Of a DNA stretch of 64,000 nucleotides, positions 45,115-55,908 are shown in pieces; positions within the stretch are counted from its first letter, which is position 1, and each line of letters starts with the position of its first letter. The position numbers and the translations under genes were made by a program. Source of the stretch: a virus. Location of the stretch: IMG/VR virus record IMGVR_UViG_3300012147_000001, positions 1 to 64,000 of that record, one strand, 5' to 3'. Below the pieces are notes generated by a model. That model had not been told where the DNA came from and did no database searches. It saw nothing but the letters and a program-made list of their open reading frames with translations.

Positions 45115-46708
45115 TGACTACGCTCCAGTAAAGAAAAAAACAGTAGAAGATTATCTTAATGCAATTAATTATTCAGATATTGAAAATTATATTCCATCAG
45201 CGTTTGCATTAGAGTTTGTTAACTTTATTAAGTTAGTAAATGAAGGAAGCACAGAAAACCTTACTCCTGTTGTACACTATCGAATGATAGATAACTTTAT
45301 TGATGATAACGATTTAGACACAATTAATATGTGTCATCGTGGTATAGCAAAGTCTACTCTTAAAGAATACCTCATATTGTACATTGGTGTTTATGGTGGC
45401 TTACCTGAGTTTGGTAGAATACCTTACGGATTGTACGTATCAGATAGTATAGACAACGGTGTTAAGAAAATGCGTAAAGCATTAGAGTTTAGATGGAATA
45501 ACTCTAAATTTTTACAAGATTACATTCCTACTATTAAATTTACTGACATACGTTGGGAATTTATTAACATTGAGAATGTTTCTAGCGTGTTTTCAGCGCA
45601 TGGAGCTAAGACTGGTGTTCGTGGTACTCGTGAAAACAACTCGCGTCCTGTGTTAGCTTTACTGGATGATTTAATAGATGATGCTGATGCGCGTTCACCT
45701 ACTGTAATATCTCAGGTAGAAGATACTGTATACAAAGCAATTGATTATGCACTTCACCCAACTAAAAGAAAAATTGTATGGTCAGGTACACCATTTAACG
45801 CTAAAGACCCTCTTTACAAAGCTGTAGAATCAGGTGCTTGGAATGTAAATATTTATCCTGTTTGTGAGAAGTTTCCATGTACTAAAGATGAATTTAGAGG
45901 TTCATGGGAAGACCGTTTCCCTTATGAATTTGTGCTTAAGATGTACACTAAAGCTAAATTATCTGGCAAAGTAGCAGACTTTAATCAAGAAATGATGTTA
46001 AGAATTATGTCAGCAGAAGATAGATTAATCGAACCACATGAAATGAAATGGTACAACAGAGATAAATTATTATCCCTTAAACCATTATTTAATTTTTACA
46101 TTACTACCGATTTTGCCACTAGCGAAAAAACAGGAGCGGATTTTAGTGTTATATCTGTATGGGCTTTAAATTCTAACGGTGATTGGTATTGGGTTGATGG
46201 TATTTGTGAAAAACAACGTATGGATAAAAACATTGAAGACTTGTTTAGATTAGTACAAGAGTATAATCCAGAGTCTGTAGGAATAGAGATTAGTGGACAA
46301 CAAGGTGGATTTATACCTTGGATTCAAGAGCAAATGATGGTTAAAAACTGTTTCTTTAATTTAGCATCTGATAAAGCTACCAATCAAGCAGGATTACGCC
46401 CCACAACAAATAAGTTTCAAAGATTTAATGTTGTTTTACCTTGGTTCAAACAAAACAAAATGCACTTTCCTCAAGAAATGAGAGAAGGTAAATGTATGCG
46501 TGAATGTGAAGACGAATTAATGTTAACAACAGTAGATGGTTTTAAATCTAAAAATGATGATTTTATAGATACAATAAGCCAACTAGCTCAGTTAAAAACT
46601 TATAGACCTTCAAAAAATAATCAAGGAGTTGGTGCAGCAGATGATAATGGTTTATGGGAAGATGATACAGAATATGAATCAATATCCATAAGTTCTTATA
46701 TTGAATAA
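45101..46708 (+). CDS. terL: Terminase large subunit (N4 gp68-like)
   Basis: HRGIAKST, GAKTGVRG, LLDDL, GTPFN, TDFATS and DDFIDTISQL. Confidence 0.93.
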   Translation: MIETSDYAPVKKKTVEDYLNAINYSDIENYIPSAFALEFVNFIKLVNEGSTENLTPVVHYRMIDNFIDDNDLDTINMCHRGIAKSTLKEYLILYIGVYGGLPEFGRIPYGLYVSDSIDNGVKKMRKALEFRWNNSKFLQDYIPTIKFTDIRWEFINIENVSSVFSAHGAKTGVRGTRENNSRPVLALLDDLIDDADARSPTVISQVEDTVYKAIDYALHPTKRKIVWSGTPFNAKDPLYKAVESGAWNVNIYPVCEKFPCTKDEFRGSWEDRFPYEFVLKMYTKAKLSGKVADFNQEMMLRIMSAEDRLIEPHEMKWYNRDKLLSLKPLFNFYITTDFATSEKTGADFSVISVWALNSNGDWYWVDGICEKQRMDKNIEDLFRLVQEYNPESVGIEISGQQGGFIPWIQEQMMVKNCFFNLASDKATNQAGLRPTTNKFQRFNVVLPWFKQNKMHFPQEMREGKCMRECEDELMLTTVDGFKSKNDDFIDTISQLAQLKTYRPSKNNQGVGAADDNGLWEDDTEYESISISSYIE

Positions 46709-46758
46709 AATAGAGTAGACGCATATACTGGGTCTTATTACATTTAAGGCTCTTTAAT

Positions 46759-47472
46759 ATGAAACTAACAGAAGTATTCGACCAATTACGATATGGTACT
46801 CTTAAAGGTCAAGCAGTATCTCGTGAAGGTGCTCAAATTGAAGAAGGAGATTACCCTCGTGTAATTGTATGTATTAACTCTGCAATGAACATACTTTATG
46901 GAAGATTTAAATTAAAGTATAGTGAAGTTCTTATTAGGTTAATTGCTAAAAAGTATACATATGAGTTGCATTCTGATTTTGCAGAAGCTAACACAACTTC
47001 AACACAATTTACTCGTTGGATTGTTGATAGTGAAGAAATTCCTTTTTTAGATGACATAGTAAGAATACATGGTGTTACTGCTGACGATGGTACTCAATTA
47101 CCAATTAACGATAGCAGTGATTGTATGAGTGCAATGACACCTAGCTATAACTCAATTCAATTACCTCCTGAAATAACTGACGTACTCCAAAGCGTTAGTA
47201 TTACTTACGAAGCAAGTCCTAAAGCTATTCCAGCAAACTCTACAACTGCACCAGAAGTTACTGAAGTACGTATTCCAGATACTATGTTAGAGTGCTTATG
47301 TTACTATGCAGCAGCTAAATTTATGGAACAATCAACTGCTCAAGACAAAGTTGCAAAAGCTCAAGAATTTTTAGCTAAATATGAGTTGAAAGCTAGTGAG
47401 TTAGAACAGTATGGTATGGTAAATGTTGACTACACTAGTAAACTTAACGTGGGGAATGACGAATGGCCTTAA
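46759..47472 (+). CDS. Head-tail adaptor (N4 gp67-like)
   Basis: MKL.EVF.QL.YG.L, LYGRF.LK..EV and C-terminal W; synteny after TerL. Confidence 0.8.
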   Translation: MKLTEVFDQLRYGTLKGQAVSREGAQIEEGDYPRVIVCINSAMNILYGRFKLKYSEVLIRLIAKKYTYELHSDFAEANTTSTQFTRWIVDSEEIPFLDDIVRIHGVTADDGTQLPINDSSDCMSAMTPSYNSIQLPPEITDVLQSVSITYEASPKAIPANSTTAPEVTEVRIPDTMLECLCYYAAAKFMEQSTAQDKVAKAQEFLAKYELKASELEQYGMVNVDYTSKLNVGNDEWP

Positions 47473-47846
47473 TTAACAGTGCTTTTAAACGAATAAATAA
47501 AGAACCCTGCAATGATTCAGTAACTAAACTTAAAAGCTTTGAATTACCTGACCCAAGAGAGTTTGATTTATTTGTTGTTAAAGACGTTCCCCAACAATAC
47601 TTAATTGACCAAGATGATAGTAATAAATACTTAGTATTTAATGTTGCTGGAAACGGTATTTTACGTATACCAGACAACATGTATCGTGGTACTGCACTAA
47701 TATTTACTAATATTGGGGTAGGTGGTATAGAAATAGTATTTGATGGTTTAGAAACAGCTAGAGGAACGCTTCTTATACAAGATGTTGATGGTTTTATGAC
47801 ATTAGTAAAAATTACTGAAACCATTTGGCAATGTAGTGAGCGATAA
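47463..47846 (+). CDS. Hypothetical virion protein
   Basis: 127 aa in the structural operon. Confidence 0.55.
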   Translation: MALINSAFKRINKEPCNDSVTKLKSFELPDPREFDLFVVKDVPQQYLIDQDDSNKYLVFNVAGNGILRIPDNMYRGTALIFTNIGVGGIEIVFDGLETARGTLLIQDVDGFMTLVKITETIWQCSER

Positions 47847-47848
47847 TA

Positions 47849-48964
47849 ATGCACAGTGTACTGTTTCACATATCACCACCTACTAGACTTTATGAGTTAG
47901 TTGATTTAAGGGTTACTGATATTTTATCAATATGTAATCCACTAGTACAACTAGACATTAGCTATAGTTTAATAGCATTAACATCTAAAACACCTACAGA
48001 AGACGATGTTAGCTTTTTTTGGGAACAAATAAGTGGTACTCCTGTATTAGAGTTAGTTAGTGAAACTTCACCAAGACCTGCTGTATTACTAAGTTCTGAT
48101 ATATTAGATGATGTCGTGTTTAAGCTTTATATTGATAAAGACACTGAATATGAGCAATCAATAACTACAACAATATTTAGAACACCCACAACTACAGCAA
48201 CACCTTTACCACTAAATAATGAATTTACTTTATTACCTTATGAGAGTAAAAGCTTACAAGTTAATGCTCCTAAGTATGTTGGATTACCTTTATTAAATGA
48301 TTTAAGAAAAATAAATATTAATGTAGTACCAGAATTAGGTAACTTAAAAACAACTCAAATTACTGATGCACAAAACATTGAAGAATTTACAGTAATAATA
48401 AATAATCCATTAAATTTAAAAACTAATAAACATAAAGTTAATAAAATAGAAGCACGTAATCCACTTAACGGTCAATTATTAGCTGCTAGTAATTTTAAAG
48501 AAAATTTAATTAATATTCCAAAAAATACTGTAAATTTTTATCTTTCATTTGAAGTTATTTTAAATTTTTATAATGATTTAATACCTAATAAAACAATATT
48601 TTTTAATGATAATCAGGTAAGAAATTCGTACTTTAGTCAATACACACAAGAATTAAAATACAAAACAATATATGTTACTGAATCTATGTTTATAACTAAT
48701 AAACAAGATAAAAATAATATAAATAGTACAAATGAACTTTTAACTTCGTTACCACAAACACTTTTAAATATTACAAATTTAAGAACAATACAGTTAAATA
48801 TTCCAGCAATAAATAATGTTAATATTGTTAAACAAGTATTTAAACCAATATTTTTATTAGTACTTACAGGAAACTTAAAAACAATTAAATTAACTAACCA
48901 AACAAATAATTTACCTATAAGCTTAAATATTACAAGACTTTCAGGAATCACAATCGGTGGATAA
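47849..48964 (+). CDS. Putative tail-associated protein
   Basis: 371 aa with a WEQISGTPV (PKD/Ig-like) motif; very AT-rich 3' half. Confidence 0.55.
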   Translation: MHSVLFHISPPTRLYELVDLRVTDILSICNPLVQLDISYSLIALTSKTPTEDDVSFFWEQISGTPVLELVSETSPRPAVLLSSDILDDVVFKLYIDKDTEYEQSITTTIFRTPTTTATPLPLNNEFTLLPYESKSLQVNAPKYVGLPLLNDLRKININVVPELGNLKTTQITDAQNIEEFTVIINNPLNLKTNKHKVNKIEARNPLNGQLLAASNFKENLINIPKNTVNFYLSFEVILNFYNDLIPNKTIFFNDNQVRNSYFSQYTQELKYKTIYVTESMFITNKQDKNNINSTNELLTSLPQTLLNITNLRTIQLNIPAINNVNIVKQVFKPIFLLVLTGNLKTIKLTNQTNNLPISLNITRLSGITIGG

Positions 48965-48965
48965 A

Positions 48966-51900
48966 ATGAAAAAAAACTTTTATACAATTGAAAAATTCAA
49001 ACAAACTTTTGATTCTGAAGGTAAAGAAATATTAACTAAAATAAATGCAAACAGTACAGAAGAAAATATTGAAGTAAATAATGAAATTAATGAATTTATT
49101 ATGCACCATTTTTATTCATCTTATTCAGTACTAGAACTTATTTCAAATACTGATATTCTTAAAGGAAGAATTGCAGTAACTGCTTTTAAATTAGGTGCTC
49201 AAGGACATAGAAGAAACAGAACTCTTAGTATGTGGAATTATAATCCAACAAGTAATTTTGACACTGCCCAATCTATGGTAGTTGGTGGATTAATTAATAA
49301 TAGTGAAAATGCAGAAGAATCTGGAACAGATGTAGTAGTACAAACTTTTAAAAACGTATTTTCACCTCCAATCAGTGAAGCTAGAACAATTAATAGTTTA
49401 ATTCTTTCTAAATTTATTTTTACTAATAGCTCAGATAATACTGTTTTTAGTACAGCTATTTTAGATACACCTTGTATTCAAGAAACAGATGAAGTTCTAA
49501 TAATAACGTATCGTTATGTTTATGATAAATTGGCTATGGCTCAAACTAATCAATGGTATGACAAAAACCCAGATTATTGTTTAAAAATGGCTGATGATAT
49601 TGGAAGACTTTTATTAATTCCAGACGGAAATAAACATTGTGTATATGGAAAAGTTAGTTCAGTAATTTTTAATAGTATTAGTGCTGTTAAAGAAAATAAT
49701 CATATTTTAGCTACTACATCTTTAGCTAATACTTCTTACGATATTCTAACAGACACAAAATTAAATTATAGAGGAGAGTTTTGCGAAGTTATTAGTTTTA
49801 ATATTGCAATTAATAGTTTTGTTGGAAAAGTATTACATTCAAGTATATTAAATTCAATTGTAAATTTTGATAGAAGTATAAACACATTTAGTTTTGATAG
49901 TTTTCATTTTCCAACATCTGAAATGTTATTTAGAAGACCTTTAGATACTGTTGTTCAAAACAGTTTTAATAAATCTTTAAACTTAACTGATGATTTTTCT
50001 GCATCAGTAACTCCCTTTTTTGATGTAAACAACCAAGCTAGTTCTATTGGATTAATTCAATTGTCAGAAGACTTTACCAGTGGTGATACAAGTTACATTA
50101 AAAAACCTGCATTAGCTGAATTAATTAGAGTGCATGTAACTTCTGCGGGTTCAGCATCAACTGCTGAATATCGAGTATCAAAAAGATTAACAGCAGGTTA
50201 TCAAAGGTCTTCAAATTGGGATGGAGACAAAAGTAGTATAGTTTTAACAGGAAATTATAATGCTGATTTTGGTATGAGTGAAGGAGTTACTCACTTAGAT
50301 TTTAGTAATAAAACAGATGGTTTTATTCACACATTGTCTCAAATGAGATTGGGATTAATTTTTGGTTTAAGTATTGGAGAAACTATGACTTTTTTAAGGT
50401 CACTATCTCTAAGACATGATGGAATACATATTCACTCACTTAATATGAAAGATAACAGATTTCCTATTAAAATAGACTCAACAACTTTACCTACTTTTTT
50501 AGCAACTGATTTAAGAGGTGTTTGTGCAGCAGAAGATGGAACTATATTTGCTGCATGTAATAACACTGGTTTATGGAAATTAACTAGAAATCTTGGAGAC
50601 ATGGCTGCTGATATGATAGCTACCCGCATAACTAATACAGGAGCTACTGACGATACTTCGTGTCGTGCAGTTAACTTTGGTCGTTATGGAAATAGATTTA
50701 ATTCTGATGCTCGTATGGTAGCGTTATTTGGAAATGAGTTATGTGTTTCTGAGAATGGTGGAAGTAGTTGGACAATGTATAACGCTAGTTCAACACCAGC
50801 TTTTAATCCTTCATTTGGTATATATAATGAAATAACAGGAATTGTTATTCATCCACAACAACTTGAAGTAATTATAACAGGAAGACAAAGCACCACTTTA
50901 AATGTATTAAATGTTCGTGTAGTTACTACAAGTATAAGTTTAAATACGCCACATAGAAATTTTTTATGGAACGGTACAACAGGAACAATTACAACTAAAA
51001 ATGAAACATTTTTAAGTGACCCAATTGCTGAAATGTATGGTAGTGGGAATAATATATTTATCCCATTAAGTAATGGAACAAATGAAAAATGGTGTGAACG
51101 TTTAATACAAGGTACTAACGAACAGTTAAAAGTATTTAATAATTTTAGTTCTTTTATTAATCTTGATGGTTCTGGTTTTAAGAAAACATGTGTTGCTTTT
51201 GTTTATGACGAAATAGCAGATGAATCAATGATGTTTTATGGTGATTCGGATAATTTTATTTATGATTTAAGTTTTAATTCTGTTAATTATTGGAAAACAA
51301 ATACAACAAGTGCTAATACCCGTTTTATGAGTTTTTCTCCTAATGATAATGCTGCAATATGTTTTATATATAGGGGAATATTAATAGCTTCAGGGTCAAT
51401 GAATAGTGTTAGAGGTACAAATTTAGGTGATAACACTACAACCAATGACGAAATATTAGAATCATATATGTGTTTAATTACCGCATCTTTTGGTAACAAT
51501 GATTATTATAAAAATAACAGATTAAATTATTGGTATAATTATGGTTGGGATGGTAATAATTGGGTATTAGATGATATTACCAGTAAAACTGCTTCATCAA
51601 ATACAACAGAACTTATAGAAGGTTTAAGTATTACATTTGAAGATGACAGTGCCGCAGCAGGTAGTGTATTAAATTTTGTAGAAAATGATGCGTCAGATAC
51701 TCATGTATTTGATGGAATTGTAAAAGACGATTTTACTAACTTTAATTATTCACAAATAGCTTTTCATGCTCCTACTGTTGTAGGAAACACTTTTACGCCT
51801 TCAATTATTCCTGCAAATGGCGCAGGTAACAGAAAAGTACCAATATCAATTAATTTTTCTAAGTTAAATAGTAGAGGTGTAGTAAACACTGAAGACCAAT

Positions 51901-52847
51901 ATACTACATTTAGTTATGATTATATTTTTTCTGGTTTAAATGGATTTAGAAGGTCTTTTGCTCCTGTGGGTACTGGCTTTTCAAGAATAGGTGAAATATT
52001 ACCTAAAAATGTAGATTTTTTGTATGAATTTAAATTAGGGATAGTGTTAAACGAAGGGCCGAATTTTAATAATACAAATTTTACAGATGAAGAAACTATA
52101 CCTATGTTATGTTTAACACAAAAAGGTAATACAACAGATTCAATAATTTACGCATCAGAATCAGACGTAGGTTTACCTTTTTTTGGTATACGCCCTAATT
52201 TTAAATTTGATGACCCAGATGCTATTTTAATTCATGTTTATTACAATGGTTTAACTTCAGTAAGTCAAATGGAAACAATTGTAATAGAAAATTATAACCC
52301 TAAAAATGATGTTTTTGGTTTTAGAAATTCTGGAGGTATATTTACTTTTGAAAGAAATGGTGTAGTTATAGATACTCCGAACAATCGTATTGCTAATAAT
52401 GTTACATCTTTAACAAATTTAAACGTTTCTTTAATTCATTATGCAACAGGATTTATTAGCGGGTTTTTAGGTAATTATGCTGGGAATAATATAGGTAATT
52501 CAATAGAATTAAGAGATATGTTTATTACTTATAATGACCAAAAATTAATAAGCAAAATAGGTACACCGTTTCAAGCAGAAAATGGGGGTAATCCTGAAAT
52601 ACCTGCTACGGGTAGTTTTGCTAGTGATTTTGGTAAAGTTTTAGGTATTGAATATACCCTTAACGCATCTAAAATAATGATAGATGGTGTAGAAGCTGTT
52701 ATTATTAAAGACTACCTAACAACAGTACCATTACAAGGTCAAATATTACTTTGTGAAGGTACTGGTGAAATAACGTTTAGTCCCGATGATGCGGGTAAAA
52801 CAATTACAGGTGATTGGCGTTATATCCCTAGATTAAACCAAAGATAA
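48966..52847 (+). CDS. Large tail / receptor-binding protein (probable beta-propeller)
   Basis: About 1293 aa, beta-rich, with Asp-box-like VSENGGSSWT. Confidence 0.65.
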   Translation: MKKNFYTIEKFKQTFDSEGKEILTKINANSTEENIEVNNEINEFIMHHFYSSYSVLELISNTDILKGRIAVTAFKLGAQGHRRNRTLSMWNYNPTSNFDTAQSMVVGGLINNSENAEESGTDVVVQTFKNVFSPPISEARTINSLILSKFIFTNSSDNTVFSTAILDTPCIQETDEVLIITYRYVYDKLAMAQTNQWYDKNPDYCLKMADDIGRLLLIPDGNKHCVYGKVSSVIFNSISAVKENNHILATTSLANTSYDILTDTKLNYRGEFCEVISFNIAINSFVGKVLHSSILNSIVNFDRSINTFSFDSFHFPTSEMLFRRPLDTVVQNSFNKSLNLTDDFSASVTPFFDVNNQASSIGLIQLSEDFTSGDTSYIKKPALAELIRVHVTSAGSASTAEYRVSKRLTAGYQRSSNWDGDKSSIVLTGNYNADFGMSEGVTHLDFSNKTDGFIHTLSQMRLGLIFGLSIGETMTFLRSLSLRHDGIHIHSLNMKDNRFPIKIDSTTLPTFLATDLRGVCAAEDGTIFAACNNTGLWKLTRNLGDMAADMIATRITNTGATDDTSCRAVNFGRYGNRFNSDARMVALFGNELCVSENGGSSWTMYNASSTPAFNPSFGIYNEITGIVIHPQQLEVIITGRQSTTLNVLNVRVVTTSISLNTPHRNFLWNGTTGTITTKNETFLSDPIAEMYGSGNNIFIPLSNGTNEKWCERLIQGTNEQLKVFNNFSSFINLDGSGFKKTCVAFVYDEIADESMMFYGDSDNFIYDLSFNSVNYWKTNTTSANTRFMSFSPNDNAAICFIYRGILIASGSMNSVRGTNLGDNTTTNDEILESYMCLITASFGNNDYYKNNRLNYWYNYGWDGNNWVLDDITSKTASSNTTELIEGLSITFEDDSAAAGSVLNFVENDASDTHVFDGIVKDDFTNFNYSQIAFHAPTVVGNTFTPSIIPANGAGNRKVPISINFSKLNSRGVVNTEDQYTTFSYDYIFSGLNGFRRSFAPVGTGFSRIGEILPKNVDFLYEFKLGIVLNEGPNFNNTNFTDEETIPMLCLTQKGNTTDSIIYASESDVGLPFFGIRPNFKFDDPDAILIHVYYNGLTSVSQMETIVIENYNPKNDVFGFRNSGGIFTFERNGVVIDTPNNRIANNVTSLTNLNVSLIHYATGFISGFLGNYAGNNIGNSIELRDMFITYNDQKLISKIGTPFQAENGGNPEIPATGSFASDFGKVLGIEYTLNASKIMIDGVEAVIIKDYLTTVPLQGQILLCEGTGEITFSPDDAGKTITGDWRYIPRLNQR

Positions 52848-52858
52848 GGTAAATTAAT

Positions 52859-53515
52859 ATGTCACTTAACTTAGCTCCTTGGGTAAAAGAATCCTGTTCT
52901 ACTATTGGAACAGGGAGTTTATTACTTACAGGTAATACAACATCGTTTATTTCTTTTGCTACGGCAATGAGTAATGGTGATAAAGTTTACTATTCTATAT
53001 TAGATACTAATGGAAATAGAGAAGCAGGTATTGGAACTTTTGATGGTGTTAATACCATTACCAGAACTACAGTAACTGCTACTCTAGTTTTAGGCAGCTA
53101 CGATGAAACTAATCCTACTCCTTTACCTTTAAGTGGTAACTCAGTTGTAATATGTTCATTAAACGCAACTGCTTTTGAACAAGTATTTAATAATCTAAAT
53201 TTTGATTATGGTGGTATAAGTTCAGGTGAGGTTGTTGCTTCTGGTTTTTATATTTCAGAAACTGAAGCACAATTTTATTTACCATTTACTCATGTTACTC
53301 GACCTGTAAGTATTACAACAAATGTAGCCAATGGATTTGATATATTTACATTTACTGGTTCAGATGAAGCTAATGTTACTCCTGTTTTTAATGGAGTTTT
53401 ATCATCTAATAAAATAGCAGTACTAGACATTGCTGGACTTACAGGTAAAACAGTAGGTGCATCTATAAGTTTAAGAACTAACAACGCAAATTCAAAAATT
53501 ACTGTAAACTTTTAA
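52859..53515 (+). CDS. Putative fibre/appendage protein
   Basis: N-terminal VKE..ST.GTG.L.L.G....F..F...GD.VYY.I motif typical of phage fibre proteins. Confidence 0.55.
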   Translation: MSLNLAPWVKESCSTIGTGSLLLTGNTTSFISFATAMSNGDKVYYSILDTNGNREAGIGTFDGVNTITRTTVTATLVLGSYDETNPTPLPLSGNSVVICSLNATAFEQVFNNLNFDYGGISSGEVVASGFYISETEAQFYLPFTHVTRPVSITTNVANGFDIFTFTGSDEANVTPVFNGVLSSNKIAVLDIAGLTGKTVGASISLRTNNANSKITVNF

Positions 53516-53580
53516 TATTATAAAATTCAATATCATAGGTATACTTTAAAATTTAATGAATTAAACTACGGTAAATAAAA

Positions 53581-53988
53581 ATGTTTAATGGAATGCAAAT
53601 GCTTACTACGGAAATATTAGGAATGCTATTTGGAGCTGGTGTAGCAGGTGCATGGTTCTGGTACGACAAAAAGAAAACTGATAAAGAAATTGAAGACCTT
53701 AAAATTAAAAATGAAAAAGGAGTAGAAAAGTTACAAACAGAGTTAAAGGAAATTAATATGACAATAGTTAAACATACTAGTATTCACGTAACTGAAGAAA
53801 AATCTAGACAGATAGCTGAAGAAATATGTGGTCGTATTGAAAAAGATGTTACTGAAACTAAAACTATGGTGCAATCTATGATGCATCAAGTTACTAATTT
53901 AGCTTCAACTTTACAAACACACACAGCAGTACAGAGAGCACTACAAGAGCAAAATTTAATAAGTAAACCAGAACCAAACAAAAAATAA
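53581..53988 (+). CDS. Single-TM coiled-coil protein (holin/antiholin candidate)
   Basis: N-terminal TM (LGMLFGAGVAGAWFWY) at the head of the lysis cassette. Confidence 0.5.
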   Translation: MFNGMQMLTTEILGMLFGAGVAGAWFWYDKKKTDKEIEDLKIKNEKGVEKLQTELKEINMTIVKHTSIHVTEEKSRQIAEEICGRIEKDVTETKTMVQSMMHQVTNLASTLQTHTAVQRALQEQNLISKPEPNKK

Positions 53989-53998
53989 TGGAATTATT

Positions 53999-54442
53999 AT
54001 GATAGGAACAGTACTAGGATTTATAAAAAACTATAAAGGCATTACAAGTGTTTTTGGTATTTTAGTTGCTGTTGGTTCTTTGTATGGTGTATATGTTAGT
54101 GTTAAAGCTGATTGGTATGAACAAGGTGTTACTGATACTGTAAGACAATATGAACTAAAAGTTATTGGTTTACAGCAAGCGTACAATAGTCAGTTAGAAA
54201 CAGAATTAAAAAATTATCGTAGTTCAATGAATAAAAATTTTGCTAACGAACTCAATAGAATTAAAACAGAAAAAATTGTTGAAACTGAAATCCAAAAGGT
54301 AATTGAATATGTTGACCGAGAAATTGAAATACCTGTTGCTTGTGACACTGTCCCTGTTAACTTTAGTCGGTTGCTCAACGAGTCCATCACCACAATCAAC
54401 AATAATGCAATCACTAGCAGCGTCAACAATTCCTCAAATTAA
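53999..54442 (+). CDS. Inner-membrane spanin (Rz-like)
   Basis: N-terminal TM, coiled coil, IEYV...C motif; overlapped by a lipoprotein ORF. Confidence 0.75.
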   Translation: MIGTVLGFIKNYKGITSVFGILVAVGSLYGVYVSVKADWYEQGVTDTVRQYELKVIGLQQAYNSQLETELKNYRSSMNKNFANELNRIKTEKIVETEIQKVIEYVDREIEIPVACDTVPVNFSRLLNESITTINNNAITSSVNNSSN

Positions 54443-54665
54443 TCAAGAGTTACTTGTAATACCTATTAGTAAAAGTCTATTAACTTCTTGTAGTGTTTTA
54501 TACCCTTTACAACAGTTTAATGAACAAGATTCTCTTAACATCTTATATCAAAACTTTTTATATAATTTAGGTCAAGTTCGTAAATGCTACAGAAAAGACG
54601 AAGCACTAATTAAAGAAGTTATTAACCAAGAAGAGAGCTTCCTTGAAAAAACTAGAAACCCTTAA
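54309..54665 (+). CDS. Outer-membrane spanin lipoprotein (Rz1-like)
   Basis: Signal peptide with lipobox LVGC; starts inside Rz in the +1 frame; AAAGGT RBS. Confidence 0.78.
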   Translation: MLTEKLKYLLLVTLSLLTLVGCSTSPSPQSTIMQSLAASTIPQINQELLVIPISKSLLTSCSVLYPLQQFNEQDSLNILYQNFLYNLGQVRKCYRKDEALIKEVINQEESFLEKTRNP

Positions 54666-54915
54666 AAGCTTTTTTTCACATACTTCCCTCAGAGAAATAG
54701 CACACACTCTTAACTGTTTTAATATAATTGAAATAGCCGTCATTGCTTGGTTTACTTACGAAATTCATCTTATGCTTACGTGGTACAAAACTATCATGAC
54801 TGTTGAGCATTTTAACGGTGTAGCTTATTGGGGTGCAGTAGCTGGGATTATTACTGTAATAATAGGTGCATTTAAGTTTATAAACGACACTCTTAAAGAA
54901 CATAGAAAAAGTTAA
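54643..54915 (+). CDS. Two-TM holin candidate
   Basis: Two hydrophobic helices and a basic C-terminus, next to the spanins. Confidence 0.6.
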   Translation: MKKLETLKSFFSHTSLREIAHTLNCFNIIEIAVIAWFTYEIHLMLTWYKTIMTVEHFNGVAYWGAVAGIITVIIGAFKFINDTLKEHRKS

Positions 54916-54961
54916 ACTAATAGCCTATACTGCAACACACAGCATTGTTTAGGAGCATAAA

Positions 54962-55399
54962 ATGAGTTTTAGTGAGTTTGGATTTGGAGAAACTACTTTT
55001 TCAAATGACCTTTCATCAGGTGCTACTTCACCAGTGTCCAACCAGTTTGTCTTGGCTCATGGTATTGTTGGTTCACTAACAAGAAACTTTACTTTAAACA
55101 ATGCAATAATTAACGGTGTTGAAAAAGATTTAATACTTAATAATGTTCTTAACGGTATTGCAGTAAGAGACTTTATTTTACTTAATTCTTTAGAACAAGG
55201 TATATCTAAAACATTAGTACTTAATAATAGTATTGTAGGTGGTTTAGTTAAAAACCTCACATTAGACTATGAAACCACAGATAGAATTTTTACAGATTTT
55301 GAGTTGCAATGGACAGTTACACCTAGAATTGACCCTATTGTGATTTACAACAAAATTAGTGTTAAAAAAAGTGCTAAATTACTTAAAATAAGAGGTTAA
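54962..55399 (+). CDS. Putative structural protein with ~15-aa repeats
   Basis: MSFSEFGFGETTFS N-terminus; repeated (K/R)(N/D/T)xxLxNxxxxG units. Confidence 0.55.
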   Translation: MSFSEFGFGETTFSNDLSSGATSPVSNQFVLAHGIVGSLTRNFTLNNAIINGVEKDLILNNVLNGIAVRDFILLNSLEQGISKTLVLNNSIVGGLVKNLTLDYETTDRIFTDFELQWTVTPRIDPIVIYNKISVKKSAKLLKIRG

Positions 55400-55404
55400 T
55401 TAAA

Positions 55405-55896
55405 ATGTCAGTATTATCAACAGATATTAAATTATTTAAATCAGCTAGTGGTGCTGCATTAAGTTTAGGTGGAGCAATAACAGCTACTGAAATTGTTTCA
55501 AGCACCTTAAACAACTTATTTGATATTGTTTCTTCAACTGAATCTAGAGATGGTGATATTGAGTATCGTTGTTTTTATGTAAGAAACACAAACACATCTT
55601 TTACTTTACAAGCTGCTGCTATTCAAATTGTTTCTGATACAGCAAGTTTAACTACACGTATTGCAATTGGTTTGGGTAGTTCTTTTGTTGGTGGTGTTGA
55701 ACAATCTGTAGCAGATGAAGAAACTGCACCTATTGGAGTAACTTTTACAAACGTAGAAGGAAATGTTTTAAATATTGGAAATATTCCACCAAATTCTTTT
55801 AAAGCTGTTTGGGTAAGAAGAACAGTGAATGCTGGTACTGCTGCTGCAACAAGTGATGCAAGTACTTTAAGAATTACTGGCGAAACTACCGCTTAA
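55405..55896 (+). CDS. Putative virion structural protein
   Basis: SLGGAITATEI, LNNLFD.VS..E...GD.EYRCFYVRN and AVWVRRTV motifs. Confidence 0.6.
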   Translation: MSVLSTDIKLFKSASGAALSLGGAITATEIVSSTLNNLFDIVSSTESRDGDIEYRCFYVRNTNTSFTLQAAAIQIVSDTASLTTRIAIGLGSSFVGGVEQSVADEETAPIGVTFTNVEGNVLNIGNIPPNSFKAVWVRRTVNAGTAAATSDASTLRITGETTA

Positions 55897-55908
55897 GTGG
55901 AGTAAAAA